A DNA stretch of 28,013 nucleotides from a virus (taxonomy: Duplodnaviria; Caudoviricetes): positions 1 to 28,013 of the IMG/VR virus record IMGVR_UViG_3300049844_000005, one strand, 5' to 3'. Positions 15,990-25,526 of this stretch are shown one piece after another. The notes under the pieces are model-generated. The model did no database searches, was not told where the DNA came from, and worked only from the letters and a program-made list of their open reading frames with translations. Both the position numbers and the translations under genes were made by a program. The first letter of the stretch is position 1. Every line of letters begins with the position of its first letter.

Positions 15990-16862
15990 ATGGCTCAAAT
16001 TACAGATTTTGAATACTATGAGAATAGTGGTAATAACCCTAAAGATGAAAATTGGGGTGATTACCAATATGTAGCATTGAAAGATGTTATCAATAACTTT
16101 TACATGATGTACGTTGGTGATGATAAAATCATAAACGATTGCAAAAGATACGAAGTTGTTTTTCACGCAAAAAGAGGAATGCAAGAGTTGAATTATGATG
16201 TTGCTAAAGAAGTTAAATCTTTAGAACTTGAATTACCAGATAACTTACAATTACCTGTACCTAAAGACTACATAAATTACGTTAGAATTAGTTGGGTTGA
16301 TGATGATGGTAAGTTTAGACCTATAATTCAAAATAACCAATCAGGTATTGTAACCGCTTATCTACAAGATAATAACTATAATGTATTATTTGATAATAAT
16401 GGTCAGGCTTTAGAAGGTACTTCTATTACTGAGACAAATAGCAGGAATCCAAAGTCGAACAATTTAAACGACAGTGGTACAGAATACTTATACGGAAGTA
16501 GATTTGGTATTGATGGTAAAACAGCCAATCAAAATGGAACTTTTATAATAAACAAGAATCTTGGAGTTATGAGATTTAGTTCTGACTTAGTTGGTAAAAC
16601 TATAGTTGTAGAGTACATATCTGATGGATTATCTGATTTATCTGAGGATGAAATAAAGATAAACAAATTAGCTGAAAAGTTTTTATATCACTTTATAAAG
16701 TATGAGATACTAACTAATAAGTTTGGAATACAAGAATATGTAGTTCAGAGAGCTAGAAACGAATACAGAGCAATTAGAAACAACACTAAAATTAGAATGT
16801 CAAATATTCGTTACGATGAGATTTTACAATCTATGAGAGGTGGAAGCAACTGGATAAAATAA
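15990..16862 (+). CDS. Putative tail ring/tubular protein
   Basis: 290 aa; P.DYINYVRI and VEYISDG segments; position between adaptor and muzzle-like gene. Confidence 0.55.
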   Translation: MAQITDFEYYENSGNNPKDENWGDYQYVALKDVINNFYMMYVGDDKIINDCKRYEVVFHAKRGMQELNYDVAKEVKSLELELPDNLQLPVPKDYINYVRISWVDDDGKFRPIIQNNQSGIVTAYLQDNNYNVLFDNNGQALEGTSITETNSRNPKSNNLNDSGTEYLYGSRFGIDGKTANQNGTFIINKNLGVMRFSSDLVGKTIVVEYISDGLSDLSEDEIKINKLAEKFLYHFIKYEILTNKFGIQEYVVQRARNEYRAIRNNTKIRMSNIRYDEILQSMRGGSNWIK

Positions 16863-16863
16863 T

Positions 16864-19800
16864 ATGGAGTTAAAAAAGACTTTTATAGGTGGGTTAATGA
16901 ACAAAGATTACGATGTTCGATTAATACCAGAAGGAGAATACATTGATGCTGAAAACATAATTGTATCAAATTCAGAAGGCTCTAACGTTGGTCTTGTTCA
17001 AAAATCAAGTGGATTAGATAAATTAACAAACATAAGTATTCCTACAGACGCAATAACAATAGGTAGTGTGTCAGAGGAAGGTAATGAGTGTATCTATTGG
17101 TTTGTAACATCAAGTATTGGTAACTTTATATACGAATATAATATATTAGACAATAACTCTTTATCAGTTGTTTTATCAGACAACAGGATTGGTGATGCAA
17201 ACATTTTGAACTTCAATTCAGAATACAAGATAACTGGAGCAAATGTAATATACAATTCTTTTAATAAAGAAAAATTACTTGTTTGGACTGACGATTTAAA
17301 CCCTATACGTTGTATAAACGTAAATAGAGCCAAATCCTTACCGATAAATGGATTTGAGACACAAGACATCAGTTTGTATAAAAGAGCTCCGTTTAAGTCT
17401 CCTAAATGTACTCCTACGCAGTTTGGGGATGGAACTGAAAACAATATAAAAGAAAGATTTTTATCTTTTGCTTATAGATATAAGTATATAGATGGAGAGT
17501 ATAGTGCTACTTCTTCATTTAGTAATCCTCAATTTTACCCATCTGATTTTTCTTTTAATTTTTCTACTCAGGAAAATACTGGAATGATTAACTCTTTTAA
17601 CGCTATAAACATAGGTTTTAATACAGGTGATAAAAATGTAACTGATGTTCAATTACTTTTTAAAGAAAGTAATAGTAATAATATATACGTTATTGAGAAT
17701 CTAAATAAAAAAGATGAGAAATACGGAGATGATTCTGATAAGACATTTTTATTCTCTAATAATAAAATATACTCTATACTTCCTGAAGATGAGGTTAACA
17801 GATTGTACGATAACGTACCAGTTGTAGCTAAAGCTCAAGAGTTTATAGGTAATAGAATAATGTTTGGAAACTATGTTGAAGGTAGAGATTTAGTTGATTC
17901 TTCTGATAAAAAAATAAATGTAGATTTCAAGACGTCTTTTGTAGCTGAAGATTTAAAGAATAACGAGTTAAGCGTAACCGTAAGTAGTGATGTAACAACA
18001 GATAATGTTTTGAACGTACAGTTAAAACCAAGTGATCTGTTGAAAGGTAAGATAATTACAATATCTTTTAGAGCGAGTAGTGATACTCCTTTTTTTGGTA
18101 ATTACAAGTGCGATTTGTCTTTTTATTTAGAAAAAACATATGCAAGTGCATTTGAACTATCTCAATCTGTAGAGTTTACTACATTTTTAACTTCAGTAGC
18201 CAACAATAATTTTAAAAATGCAAACCTAAGTAACGTAGAACCTGATAACGATGTTGAATCTTATCCAGAAAAGTACAAGCCTTTTGTGTTATTATCTGCA
18301 ATATCTAGTGATTTGTTAAGGTTAAAAATACCATATATAAGACATCAAATAGATACTACTCCTTCTAATACAGAAGACTCTTTATTTACATATCAAAATG
18401 AATACTATCACATAAAACAAGATACAGTAAAAGTATATTCGTCTGATGGTAATGTTTACGCTAGTTGTAAATCAAATAGAAGTTACGAGACTGGTATCGT
18501 TTACTTAGATGATGACGGTAGATATTCAACCGTTTTAACTAGTAAAGATAACACTTCATTTATACCTATCAAGAATAGCGTTACAAGTAACAACTTGGTT
18601 TTAACTATAAAAAATAAAGCTCCAAAATGGGCTAATAGATATAAAATATTCGTAAAAGACAGTAGATTAGATTACCACACAATATATAGTTCTGTTGCTT
18701 ACGAAGAAAATTCATTTTTATGGATAAAACTTGAAGGGCAAGATAAACAAAAGGTAAAAGAAGGTGATTATTTAATCATTAAGAAGAATTTAGATGGACC
18801 TTCTGAAGATGTTATAAAAGTACAAGTTTTAGAATATACTGTTAAAGATAAAGATTTTATATTAGATAATAAAAACCCTGCTGGTGATGACATAATAGAA
18901 CCAGCTGGTGTATATATAAAAGTAAAATCATCTTCTAGTTTAAACGTAAACAATATAGAAAAGAATTTTTACGACTTTGAAAAAGAGTCTATGGATACTG
19001 GTGACGATTTCTTTGTACTAGGTGGCGGCGTTGCTGGCTTTTCAGTAAACAAAGGTACGTTTAGCATTCCAAATATAGAGGACATACCAATATTGCCTGG
19101 AAGTAGAATATCTATATCTATAGTAAATCATAGAACTGGACTAGAAAATGTAGAGTTTAAAAAAGAATATATATCTAGTGATAGTTACAGTAGTTTCGAG
19201 ACTTGGTTTGGCACAGAAGGTGATGGATTAGGTGATTTTGAAACATATAGTTTTGTTAGGGGTTTTGCTACACCTTACGATACAGGTGGTGGTATATTTA
19301 ACGGATTACCAAATAGAGGAGAAAACATAACTTTAGATCCAAACGGTTATTTATATTTAAAAATAAAAAACGAGTTGAATGGAAATGGAGCTAACAGATC
19401 TTTTCTTAGTGCTCACATAACAATAACAAATGGATTTAGTGCTTTGATATTTGAAACAGACTCTAAAGATAATGATTCTGAAGTTTTTTATGAGACTCAA
19501 GATACTTATTTAATAGAGAATGGTTTGCATATGTCAAAAAAGGACGACTATGATGGGGATGTTGATCAAACAGTAAATTTACCAGCGGTAATAAACTTAA
19601 ATTGGTTTAATTGCTTTACTCAAGGTAACGGTGCCGAAAGTTATATTGTTAAAGATGTTTTCAATAAAAACTTTTTATCTACAAACTCAAGACCAAACGC
19701 TGTTCAATTAGATGGTTACAAACAAGTAAGGAATATTGCTTCTATAACTTATAGTGGTGCTTTTGATAAAACAACTAACTATAACTCTCTTAATGAATTT

Positions 19801-21504
19801 AACTTATCAAGAGCTAATTATAAAGATTTAGATGATAAGTATGGTAGCATTCAAAAGATACATTCTAGAGATACTGATTTAGTTGTATTTCAAGAAGATA
19901 AAGTTCATAGAGTATTATACAATAAAAACGTGTTGTTTGACGCAATAGGTGGAGGTCAAGTATCTTCTATAGAAGATGTTCTTGGTCAAGAAATACCATT
20001 TGCTGGAGAATGGGGTATTAGTAAAAATCCTGAGAGTTTTTCTTATTATGCAAACTCAATATACTTTACGGATGCAACTAAAGGAGTTGTATTGAGACTT
20101 GGAGGAGATGGATTAGAACCAATATCAAAATACAAAATGAGAGATTGGTTTAAAGACAACTTAAGAGAATACAAATCTAATTTCAAATATGGTGGTTTTG
20201 ACCCAGTACATGATAACTATATATTGTCTTTATCAGATCAAAAACCAACTTTTGAAAGTTTGCTTTCTTGTGGTCAAATAATACAATGGTTAAACATAGA
20301 TGCTAATACGTCTTACAGCTATACGATAGATTTAGGAAGTAACATTGGTAATCATGTTGTAAATTACACGATACCAACTGGTAGTGTATTTGATTTTGAA
20401 ATGAATGTAAATGGTGTTGTAAGTGTTTTAGAAAACGCTACTGGAAGCGGTAACTTTACAGTTGCAAAAACAACTACTGGTAGAGAAGGTTCTTTAACTA
20501 TATATAACAGAGAAAACACACCTGGTTCATTATCTCTTAAAAACATATGTGTTGCAAATCCTCAATTAGAAGTAATAACTTTAGTTGTTGGTGATGAATC
20601 AGATGCTGGTAAGTCTATGACTAATAAGTACGAATGGGTTAATTCTACAACATCTACTAGTGGAGGTTCTTCTTTATTAGATGTATTTACAACTACTTCT
20701 GTGACTAGATTCAACTCTGATACTGGTAGTGAAGGTGAAAATGAAATACCTTACAATAACTCTACTATAAGAGTAACGTCAACAAAAGGTACTGGTCAAT
20801 TTACTTCTTGTAATAGAATAGGATATGTTGTTACTAGTAGTGATTTAGATGCGCAACAAATATTAGATTCAGCTACATACCCTACAATAACAAATTCAGG
20901 AGATGACAATTACATTGAATTTACATTTACAAGAACTGGAAGTCAAAAACTTTACTTGGTTTGGGATTATATAGATGTTGAGAATTGTGATGTTACACCT
21001 TACTCTGTTAACCTATGTTATGATGCAGAAGACTTTGCCTTGGCTTGTGAGTGCGATTCAATACCAGAATGTACAGATAGAAGAGTTGTTTTCCAAATAT
21101 GTAATTCAAATTCAGCAATGGATGATAATTTCGATATTTACTTAAATGACACTTATATAGGTGCTGTGGATTTATCTTCTAATACACAAGTTGGATCTGT
21201 ATTTATAGCTGATACAAATACAAGTGTATCTTTAGCTTCGTCTGATTTTGCATGTCCATTGTCAGGAATGGTTACATACCACTTTGATCCGAGTATATTA
21301 CTTTCTTCAAACGTTTTAGAAATGAGAAATACTCAGAATAATGGTAATGGAAACTTTGGTTCTGTAGGAATTAGAAACTATTCTTTATCTGGAAATGATC
21401 TTAGTAGTCCTTGCGTTATTAACAACTTAGAATACTCTGGAACATCTGGAACTAGTTTTACACTTAACTTTGACTACACTCAGTGTTGTTCTGAAGTATT
21501 ATAA
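16864..21504 (+). CDS. Tail stabilisation/muzzle-like protein (N-terminal major part) with appended Cys-rich domains
   Basis: 1546 aa; G.MNKD.D.RLIP.GEY.DA.N start, FAYRYKY.DGEYS, GNRIMFGNY and GISKNPESF segments recalled from crAss-like stabilisation proteins. Confidence 0.7.
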   Translation: MELKKTFIGGLMNKDYDVRLIPEGEYIDAENIIVSNSEGSNVGLVQKSSGLDKLTNISIPTDAITIGSVSEEGNECIYWFVTSSIGNFIYEYNILDNNSLSVVLSDNRIGDANILNFNSEYKITGANVIYNSFNKEKLLVWTDDLNPIRCINVNRAKSLPINGFETQDISLYKRAPFKSPKCTPTQFGDGTENNIKERFLSFAYRYKYIDGEYSATSSFSNPQFYPSDFSFNFSTQENTGMINSFNAINIGFNTGDKNVTDVQLLFKESNSNNIYVIENLNKKDEKYGDDSDKTFLFSNNKIYSILPEDEVNRLYDNVPVVAKAQEFIGNRIMFGNYVEGRDLVDSSDKKINVDFKTSFVAEDLKNNELSVTVSSDVTTDNVLNVQLKPSDLLKGKIITISFRASSDTPFFGNYKCDLSFYLEKTYASAFELSQSVEFTTFLTSVANNNFKNANLSNVEPDNDVESYPEKYKPFVLLSAISSDLLRLKIPYIRHQIDTTPSNTEDSLFTYQNEYYHIKQDTVKVYSSDGNVYASCKSNRSYETGIVYLDDDGRYSTVLTSKDNTSFIPIKNSVTSNNLVLTIKNKAPKWANRYKIFVKDSRLDYHTIYSSVAYEENSFLWIKLEGQDKQKVKEGDYLIIKKNLDGPSEDVIKVQVLEYTVKDKDFILDNKNPAGDDIIEPAGVYIKVKSSSSLNVNNIEKNFYDFEKESMDTGDDFFVLGGGVAGFSVNKGTFSIPNIEDIPILPGSRISISIVNHRTGLENVEFKKEYISSDSYSSFETWFGTEGDGLGDFETYSFVRGFATPYDTGGGIFNGLPNRGENITLDPNGYLYLKIKNELNGNGANRSFLSAHITITNGFSALIFETDSKDNDSEVFYETQDTYLIENGLHMSKKDDYDGDVDQTVNLPAVINLNWFNCFTQGNGAESYIVKDVFNKNFLSTNSRPNAVQLDGYKQVRNIASITYSGAFDKTTNYNSLNEFNLSRANYKDLDDKYGSIQKIHSRDTDLVVFQEDKVHRVLYNKNVLFDAIGGGQVSSIEDVLGQEIPFAGEWGISKNPESFSYYANSIYFTDATKGVVLRLGGDGLEPISKYKMRDWFKDNLREYKSNFKYGGFDPVHDNYILSLSDQKPTFESLLSCGQIIQWLNIDANTSYSYTIDLGSNIGNHVVNYTIPTGSVFDFEMNVNGVVSVLENATGSGNFTVAKTTTGREGSLTIYNRENTPGSLSLKNICVANPQLEVITLVVGDESDAGKSMTNKYEWVNSTTSTSGGSSLLDVFTTTSVTRFNSDTGSEGENEIPYNNSTIRVTSTKGTGQFTSCNRIGYVVTSSDLDAQQILDSATYPTITNSGDDNYIEFTFTRTGSQKLYLVWDYIDVENCDVTPYSVNLCYDAEDFALACECDSIPECTDRRVVFQICNSNSAMDDNFDIYLNDTYIGAVDLSSNTQVGSVFIADTNTSVSLASSDFACPLSGMVTYHFDPSILLSSNVLEMRNTQNNGNGNFGSVGIRNYSLSGNDLSSPCVINNLEYSGTSGTSFTLNFDYTQCCSEVL

Positions 21505-21524
21505 ATAAACAATAAAAAAAATAA

Positions 21525-22031
21525 ATGGCAACAAGTTCAACATATTACACAGACAGTAGCAGTTTTAACACTGCTACGTCTGTGTACACAAATCAAGAGT
21601 TAACAATAAAAGCTCCTGATGGGTATTACTCAATAGGAGGTCTTTATAGAAGACAACTCTTTGGAAACTTGCAAGAGTTGGTAAGTTGTAGTGGAGCTCC
21701 ATTACCTGTTAATTGCGTTGTATCAGAATGGTCAGAATGGTCTTCATGCGTAGATGGATCTAAAACAAGAACAAGAACTGTTATAACTCCTGCTGAAAAC
21801 GGAGGTACGGCTTGTCCTGCTTTAACAGAGACTCAATCATGTTCTTCTGAAGAGGCTTGTACTAGTTACACACACATAGCAAGTAGAGACTCTTTAATAA
21901 CATATACAGCTTGTGATGGTACACCAAAATCGATAAGTACTTCTAGATTTAGTAGTTATACTTTCTGTGCGATAACTGGAAGTCAATCTGGTGGAACTGG
22001 TACTTGGTTTAATAATGGATTCTGTAGTTAA
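21525..22031 (+). CDS. Cys-rich virion accessory protein with thrombospondin type-1 (TSP1/spondin-like) domain
   Basis: PVNCVVSEWSEWSSC...TRTRTVITPAENGGTACPALTETQSC. Confidence 0.8.
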   Translation: MATSSTYYTDSSSFNTATSVYTNQELTIKAPDGYYSIGGLYRRQLFGNLQELVSCSGAPLPVNCVVSEWSEWSSCVDGSKTRTRTVITPAENGGTACPALTETQSCSSEEACTSYTHIASRDSLITYTACDGTPKSISTSRFSSYTFCAITGSQSGGTGTWFNNGFCS

Positions 22032-22043
22032 TAAAAATAAAAT

Positions 22044-22802
22044 ATGTCAAAGACAATAAGTTTCGATGAAAAGAATAATGGATGGACTTCATTCTGGTCT
22101 TATAAACCAGAGTGGATGTCTAGACTTGGAAATAACTTCTACTCTTTTAAGTGTGGTCAATTATTTAGACACCATTCAGAAGTGGCTAGTAAGAATTTGT
22201 TTTACGATAATAACGCATCTCTTGTAAATTACGATTCATATGTAGAATTTGCTTTTAACCAAGACCCAAGCGATGTTAAACATTTTAAAACAATGTCTTT
22301 AGAATCTAGTGATAGTAATTGGGATGTTGAAATTATAAGTAATTTAGATTCTGGATATATAGACAATACTCACTTCCAAACTAGAGAAGGAGAGTATTAT
22401 GCTTATATAAGAAGAAACGAAGAAGACTTATTGGACTTCTCACATATATCAGTTCAAGGATTGGGTACACCAATATCTAGAAGTGGTAATACGTATACGT
22501 TTTCTTCATTACCATCTTTTTTATCAGAAGAAGATTGTTTATATTTTGTTAAGACCAGTGACGGTTCTGTAGTTAAAGTCGGTAGATTGGTTTCTTTTAA
22601 TCAATCACAACTTACAACTGTAGTTCCAAATCCTTCAATAACAATAGAGAATAATGCTTTTTATTTTATAGCTAAAAACTCAGAGGCAGAAAGTTTTGGT
22701 ATTAAAGGATACTTTGCTAAAGTAAAGGTTAAGTCTACTGGTGTTGGAACACCGCAAGACTTATATTCTGTGAATTCACAAGTATTCAAATCTTTCCAAT
22801 AG
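22044..22802 (+). CDS. Probable C-terminal part of the muzzle/stabilisation protein, encoded as a separate gene
   Basis: Begins TISFDEKNNGWTSFWSYKPEW, then VKHFKTMSLES and GIKGYFAKVK, segments I recall from the C-terminal portion of that family. Confidence 0.6.
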   Translation: MSKTISFDEKNNGWTSFWSYKPEWMSRLGNNFYSFKCGQLFRHHSEVASKNLFYDNNASLVNYDSYVEFAFNQDPSDVKHFKTMSLESSDSNWDVEIISNLDSGYIDNTHFQTREGEYYAYIRRNEEDLLDFSHISVQGLGTPISRSGNTYTFSSLPSFLSEEDCLYFVKTSDGSVVKVGRLVSFNQSQLTTVVPNPSITIENNAFYFIAKNSEAESFGIKGYFAKVKVKSTGVGTPQDLYSVNSQVFKSFQ

Positions 22803-22834
22803 GTATTAAATAAATCTTTAATAGGTATTAAAGA
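22798..22834. promoter_or_regulatory. Operator-like direct repeat and palindrome
   Basis: AATAGGTATTAAA at 22798 and 22820; TCTTTAATA-gg-TATTAAAGA at 22815-22834. Confidence 0.5.
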
Positions 22835-22884
22835 AAAGTTTAAAGATAATAGTAAATATATATATAAATATATATATAATTAAG

Positions 22885-22894
22885 TATCTTTGCA
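22885..22894 (+). promoter_or_regulatory. Bacteroidota-type -7 promoter element for internal virion genes
   Basis: TATCTTTGCA upstream of ATG 22907. Confidence 0.75.
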
Positions 22895-22906
22895 TAAATT
22901 AATATA

Positions 22907-23299
22907 ATGGAATTTAGATATATTGAACAATCCGACTACGAAATGTTAGTTGATTGGTGGAAGTTTTGGAGATTTCCAGCTCCACCGATTGAAATGCTAC
23001 CTGATTCTGGTGTGATTGTGAACAAAGATGGTGTAGATATATGCGCTGGTTTTATATATTTCACAAATAGCAAGACATGTTGGATTGAGTTTATAGTTTC
23101 AAATCCAAGCGTGAAGCAAAAAGAAGACCGTAGAGAGGCGATAACTAATGTGATAGAGGTTTTATGCTCTATAGGTAAAAACAACGGTTATACGATAGCT
23201 TATACGTCTTTAAAAAATGAGAGTCTACAGAACAAGTATTTGGAATGTGGATTCATAGAGGGAAGTAAAAATTGTAATGAATACGTAAAACGATTATAA
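22907..23299 (+). CDS. GNAT-fold acetyltransferase-like protein
   Basis: 130 aa with GNAT-like order (ICAGFIY...WIEFIVSNP...KYLECGF); typical position before podovirus ejection proteins. Confidence 0.6.
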   Translation: MEFRYIEQSDYEMLVDWWKFWRFPAPPIEMLPDSGVIVNKDGVDICAGFIYFTNSKTCWIEFIVSNPSVKQKEDRREAITNVIEVLCSIGKNNGYTIAYTSLKNESLQNKYLECGFIEGSKNCNEYVKRL

Positions 23300-23300
23300 T

Positions 23301-24023
23301 ATGGCAGCAATAACGTCAGCCGCTGTGGCTGTAGCTGGAGGAGCTTATCAGGCTATAAGTTCAGCTAAACAAGCTAGAGAAGCTAAAGATGCTTTGAATA
23401 ATTTAAAAACACCTGAACTAAAAAATGTAGCTGAAGGTTTGCAAGTTAGTACTTTAGGTTCTGACTTACAAAGAGAAGAACTTGGTAGACAATATTCGAG
23501 TGGTGTAGATGCTTTAAGAAGTGGAGGTATAAGAGGTGTTATAGGAGGTCTTGGTACATTAAGCACTCAACAAAATCTAGCTAATAGACAAATTGGAGCT
23601 GATTTAGACGCTCAACAAAAGCAGATAGATCAAATTAGAGCTCAAGATGAGCAAAGAATACAAGGTGTTAAAGAGCAAAGATACCAAGGAGATATAGCTG
23701 CTTTGTCTTCTCAATATAATGCTGGTCAGCAAGGTGTTATGCAAGGCATATCTGGAATTGCTCAAGGAGTTGCTAGTGGAGCTCAAATGATACAAAGCCA
23801 AAACAACTTCGATAAGATGTTAAATGCTGGTATCCCAAATGCAGGAGCTAACGCACCAGTTATAAGCGGACTTAGTTCTGCTGGTTTGGTTAACACTGCT
23901 TATAACATGTTACCTACTGCTGCTAATATAGCTTCTGGATATTATTCATCTCCACAAATGACTCCTGCTGGATTGACTTATAGTACTATTCCAACAGCAA
24001 ATGTAAAAATTAAAACCACTTAA
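23301..24023 (+). CDS. Putative internal virion/DNA ejection protein
   Basis: A/G/Q-rich, with a hydrophobic Ala/Gly N-terminus and a Gln-rich coiled coil. Confidence 0.65.
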   Translation: MAAITSAAVAVAGGAYQAISSAKQAREAKDALNNLKTPELKNVAEGLQVSTLGSDLQREELGRQYSSGVDALRSGGIRGVIGGLGTLSTQQNLANRQIGADLDAQQKQIDQIRAQDEQRIQGVKEQRYQGDIAALSSQYNAGQQGVMQGISGIAQGVASGAQMIQSQNNFDKMLNAGIPNAGANAPVISGLSSAGLVNTAYNMLPTAANIASGYYSSPQMTPAGLTYSTIPTANVKIKTT

Positions 24024-24026
24024 TAA

Positions 24027-25523
24027 ATGGCTATAGGTAAAGTAAACGCATACGCTACTGTAGAAGGTCCTAAAGTTGATTTTGGAGATATAGCTTTGAA
24101 TGCACAAAAGATTCAACAAGCTGATCTTGAAAGAATGAAAGACATGATTCCCAAAAAAGAGAAGAATGACTTCAAAATAAATAACATAGAAGGAGGTTAC
24201 ACTAAAACAGGTAATGGTGGTTATGATCAATCAATGACTAATTTAGTTAATAAACTTACTGAAAGGAATTTACTAATAAATAAAGAAGCTGAATCTATAG
24301 GTAGATATACTCCTGAATTAGCTGCTGAACAACAAAAGATACAGAATACATTAAAAGGATTAGATATTGTAGCTAAAAAATTCACAGAAGACGCAACTGG
24401 TTTTGCAAAAGATTCAAAAGAAGGTAAGTTTTCTAGTGTAGATAAAAGTAGGTTTGACATATTTGAAGATATAGCTCAAAAAAGAAATGTTGAAATTGAC
24501 GAAGATGAAGATGGAGATATATTGTTTAGAGTTAGAGCTACCGATAAAGATGGAAAATACCTTTTAGATTCTAGTGGTAATCCAGTATATAAAAAATTCA
24601 ATGACAGAGGTGTAGAAAGAGACTCTATAACTAAGTATGAATTAGAAAATGGTTCTTTATTTGGAAACACAATTAAAGAATTAGATAGAACAAAAACCAT
24701 AGGTGAGATACAAAATAATCTTAAATTAAGAACTAGCGTTGTAGATGCTAATGGTACATTAACAAGAACAAGAACGTTTTTAAATGATGATGATGAAGGA
24801 TATGTTAACAATGCTGTAAATGGTGTGTTATCAAATTATGATAATTTAGCTTCTTATTTATATTCTTTAGATAGAGAAAAATACTCTACTCCTAAAACAC
24901 TTGAACAGTATGTAAAAGATGGAGACGTTGAAGTTGCTAGAAAAGCGATGAAAGATGGAGTATTAGCTGGATTAGGATTTGAAAATAAAGAAGATAGAGT
25001 TAAACCGCCAGTTACAAATATAAATCTAGGAAAAGAGGATAAAACAAATTACGTTTCTCCAATTGCTTCTGAAAAAATTGTTACATATAGAAAAGGAGGT
25101 AAGGTAAAAGGAGAAAGAGCTATTGGATATATGCTTTCAGTAAATCAAAATGACGACAATATATTTGTAGGAAGTCAAAAAGCTCAATTAGAAGGTGTTG
25201 GTTACGATAATCAATCTAAGAGATTTTATATTAGTTACTATGCTAAGGTAGGTGAAAACAAAAAAGTTAATGGAGGTTCTGAATCGACTAGTGTATCAGA
25301 AACAAGATATCTTCCTTTAAACGGAAAAGGAGCTAAAGTTTCTGTAGCTAATACGATTATACCTAAATTATCTTTCCAAGATGAAAATGGAAATGTAAGA
25401 AAATACAAAGATGTTAGTGAAATTATACAAGCTATAAAGAGAGCAGATCCTAATGGAAAATATTTCGGAGGGATATCAAATAAAAAAACCAATAAAACAA
25501 ACGACCCTTTAGGTATACGATAA
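24027..25523 (+). CDS. Putative internal virion protein
   Basis: 498 aa, hydrophilic; second of three successively larger genes. Confidence 0.55.
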   Translation: MAIGKVNAYATVEGPKVDFGDIALNAQKIQQADLERMKDMIPKKEKNDFKINNIEGGYTKTGNGGYDQSMTNLVNKLTERNLLINKEAESIGRYTPELAAEQQKIQNTLKGLDIVAKKFTEDATGFAKDSKEGKFSSVDKSRFDIFEDIAQKRNVEIDEDEDGDILFRVRATDKDGKYLLDSSGNPVYKKFNDRGVERDSITKYELENGSLFGNTIKELDRTKTIGEIQNNLKLRTSVVDANGTLTRTRTFLNDDDEGYVNNAVNGVLSNYDNLASYLYSLDREKYSTPKTLEQYVKDGDVEVARKAMKDGVLAGLGFENKEDRVKPPVTNINLGKEDKTNYVSPIASEKIVTYRKGGKVKGERAIGYMLSVNQNDDNIFVGSQKAQLEGVGYDNQSKRFYISYYAKVGENKKVNGGSESTSVSETRYLPLNGKGAKVSVANTIIPKLSFQDENGNVRKYKDVSEIIQAIKRADPNGKYFGGISNKKTNKTNDPLGIR

Positions 25524-25526
25524 TTT

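Noticed and set aside
22029-22046. Stop-codon read-through fusing the TSP1 gene to ORF 22044 (same frame)
   Set aside because: Three in-frame TAA codons intervene.
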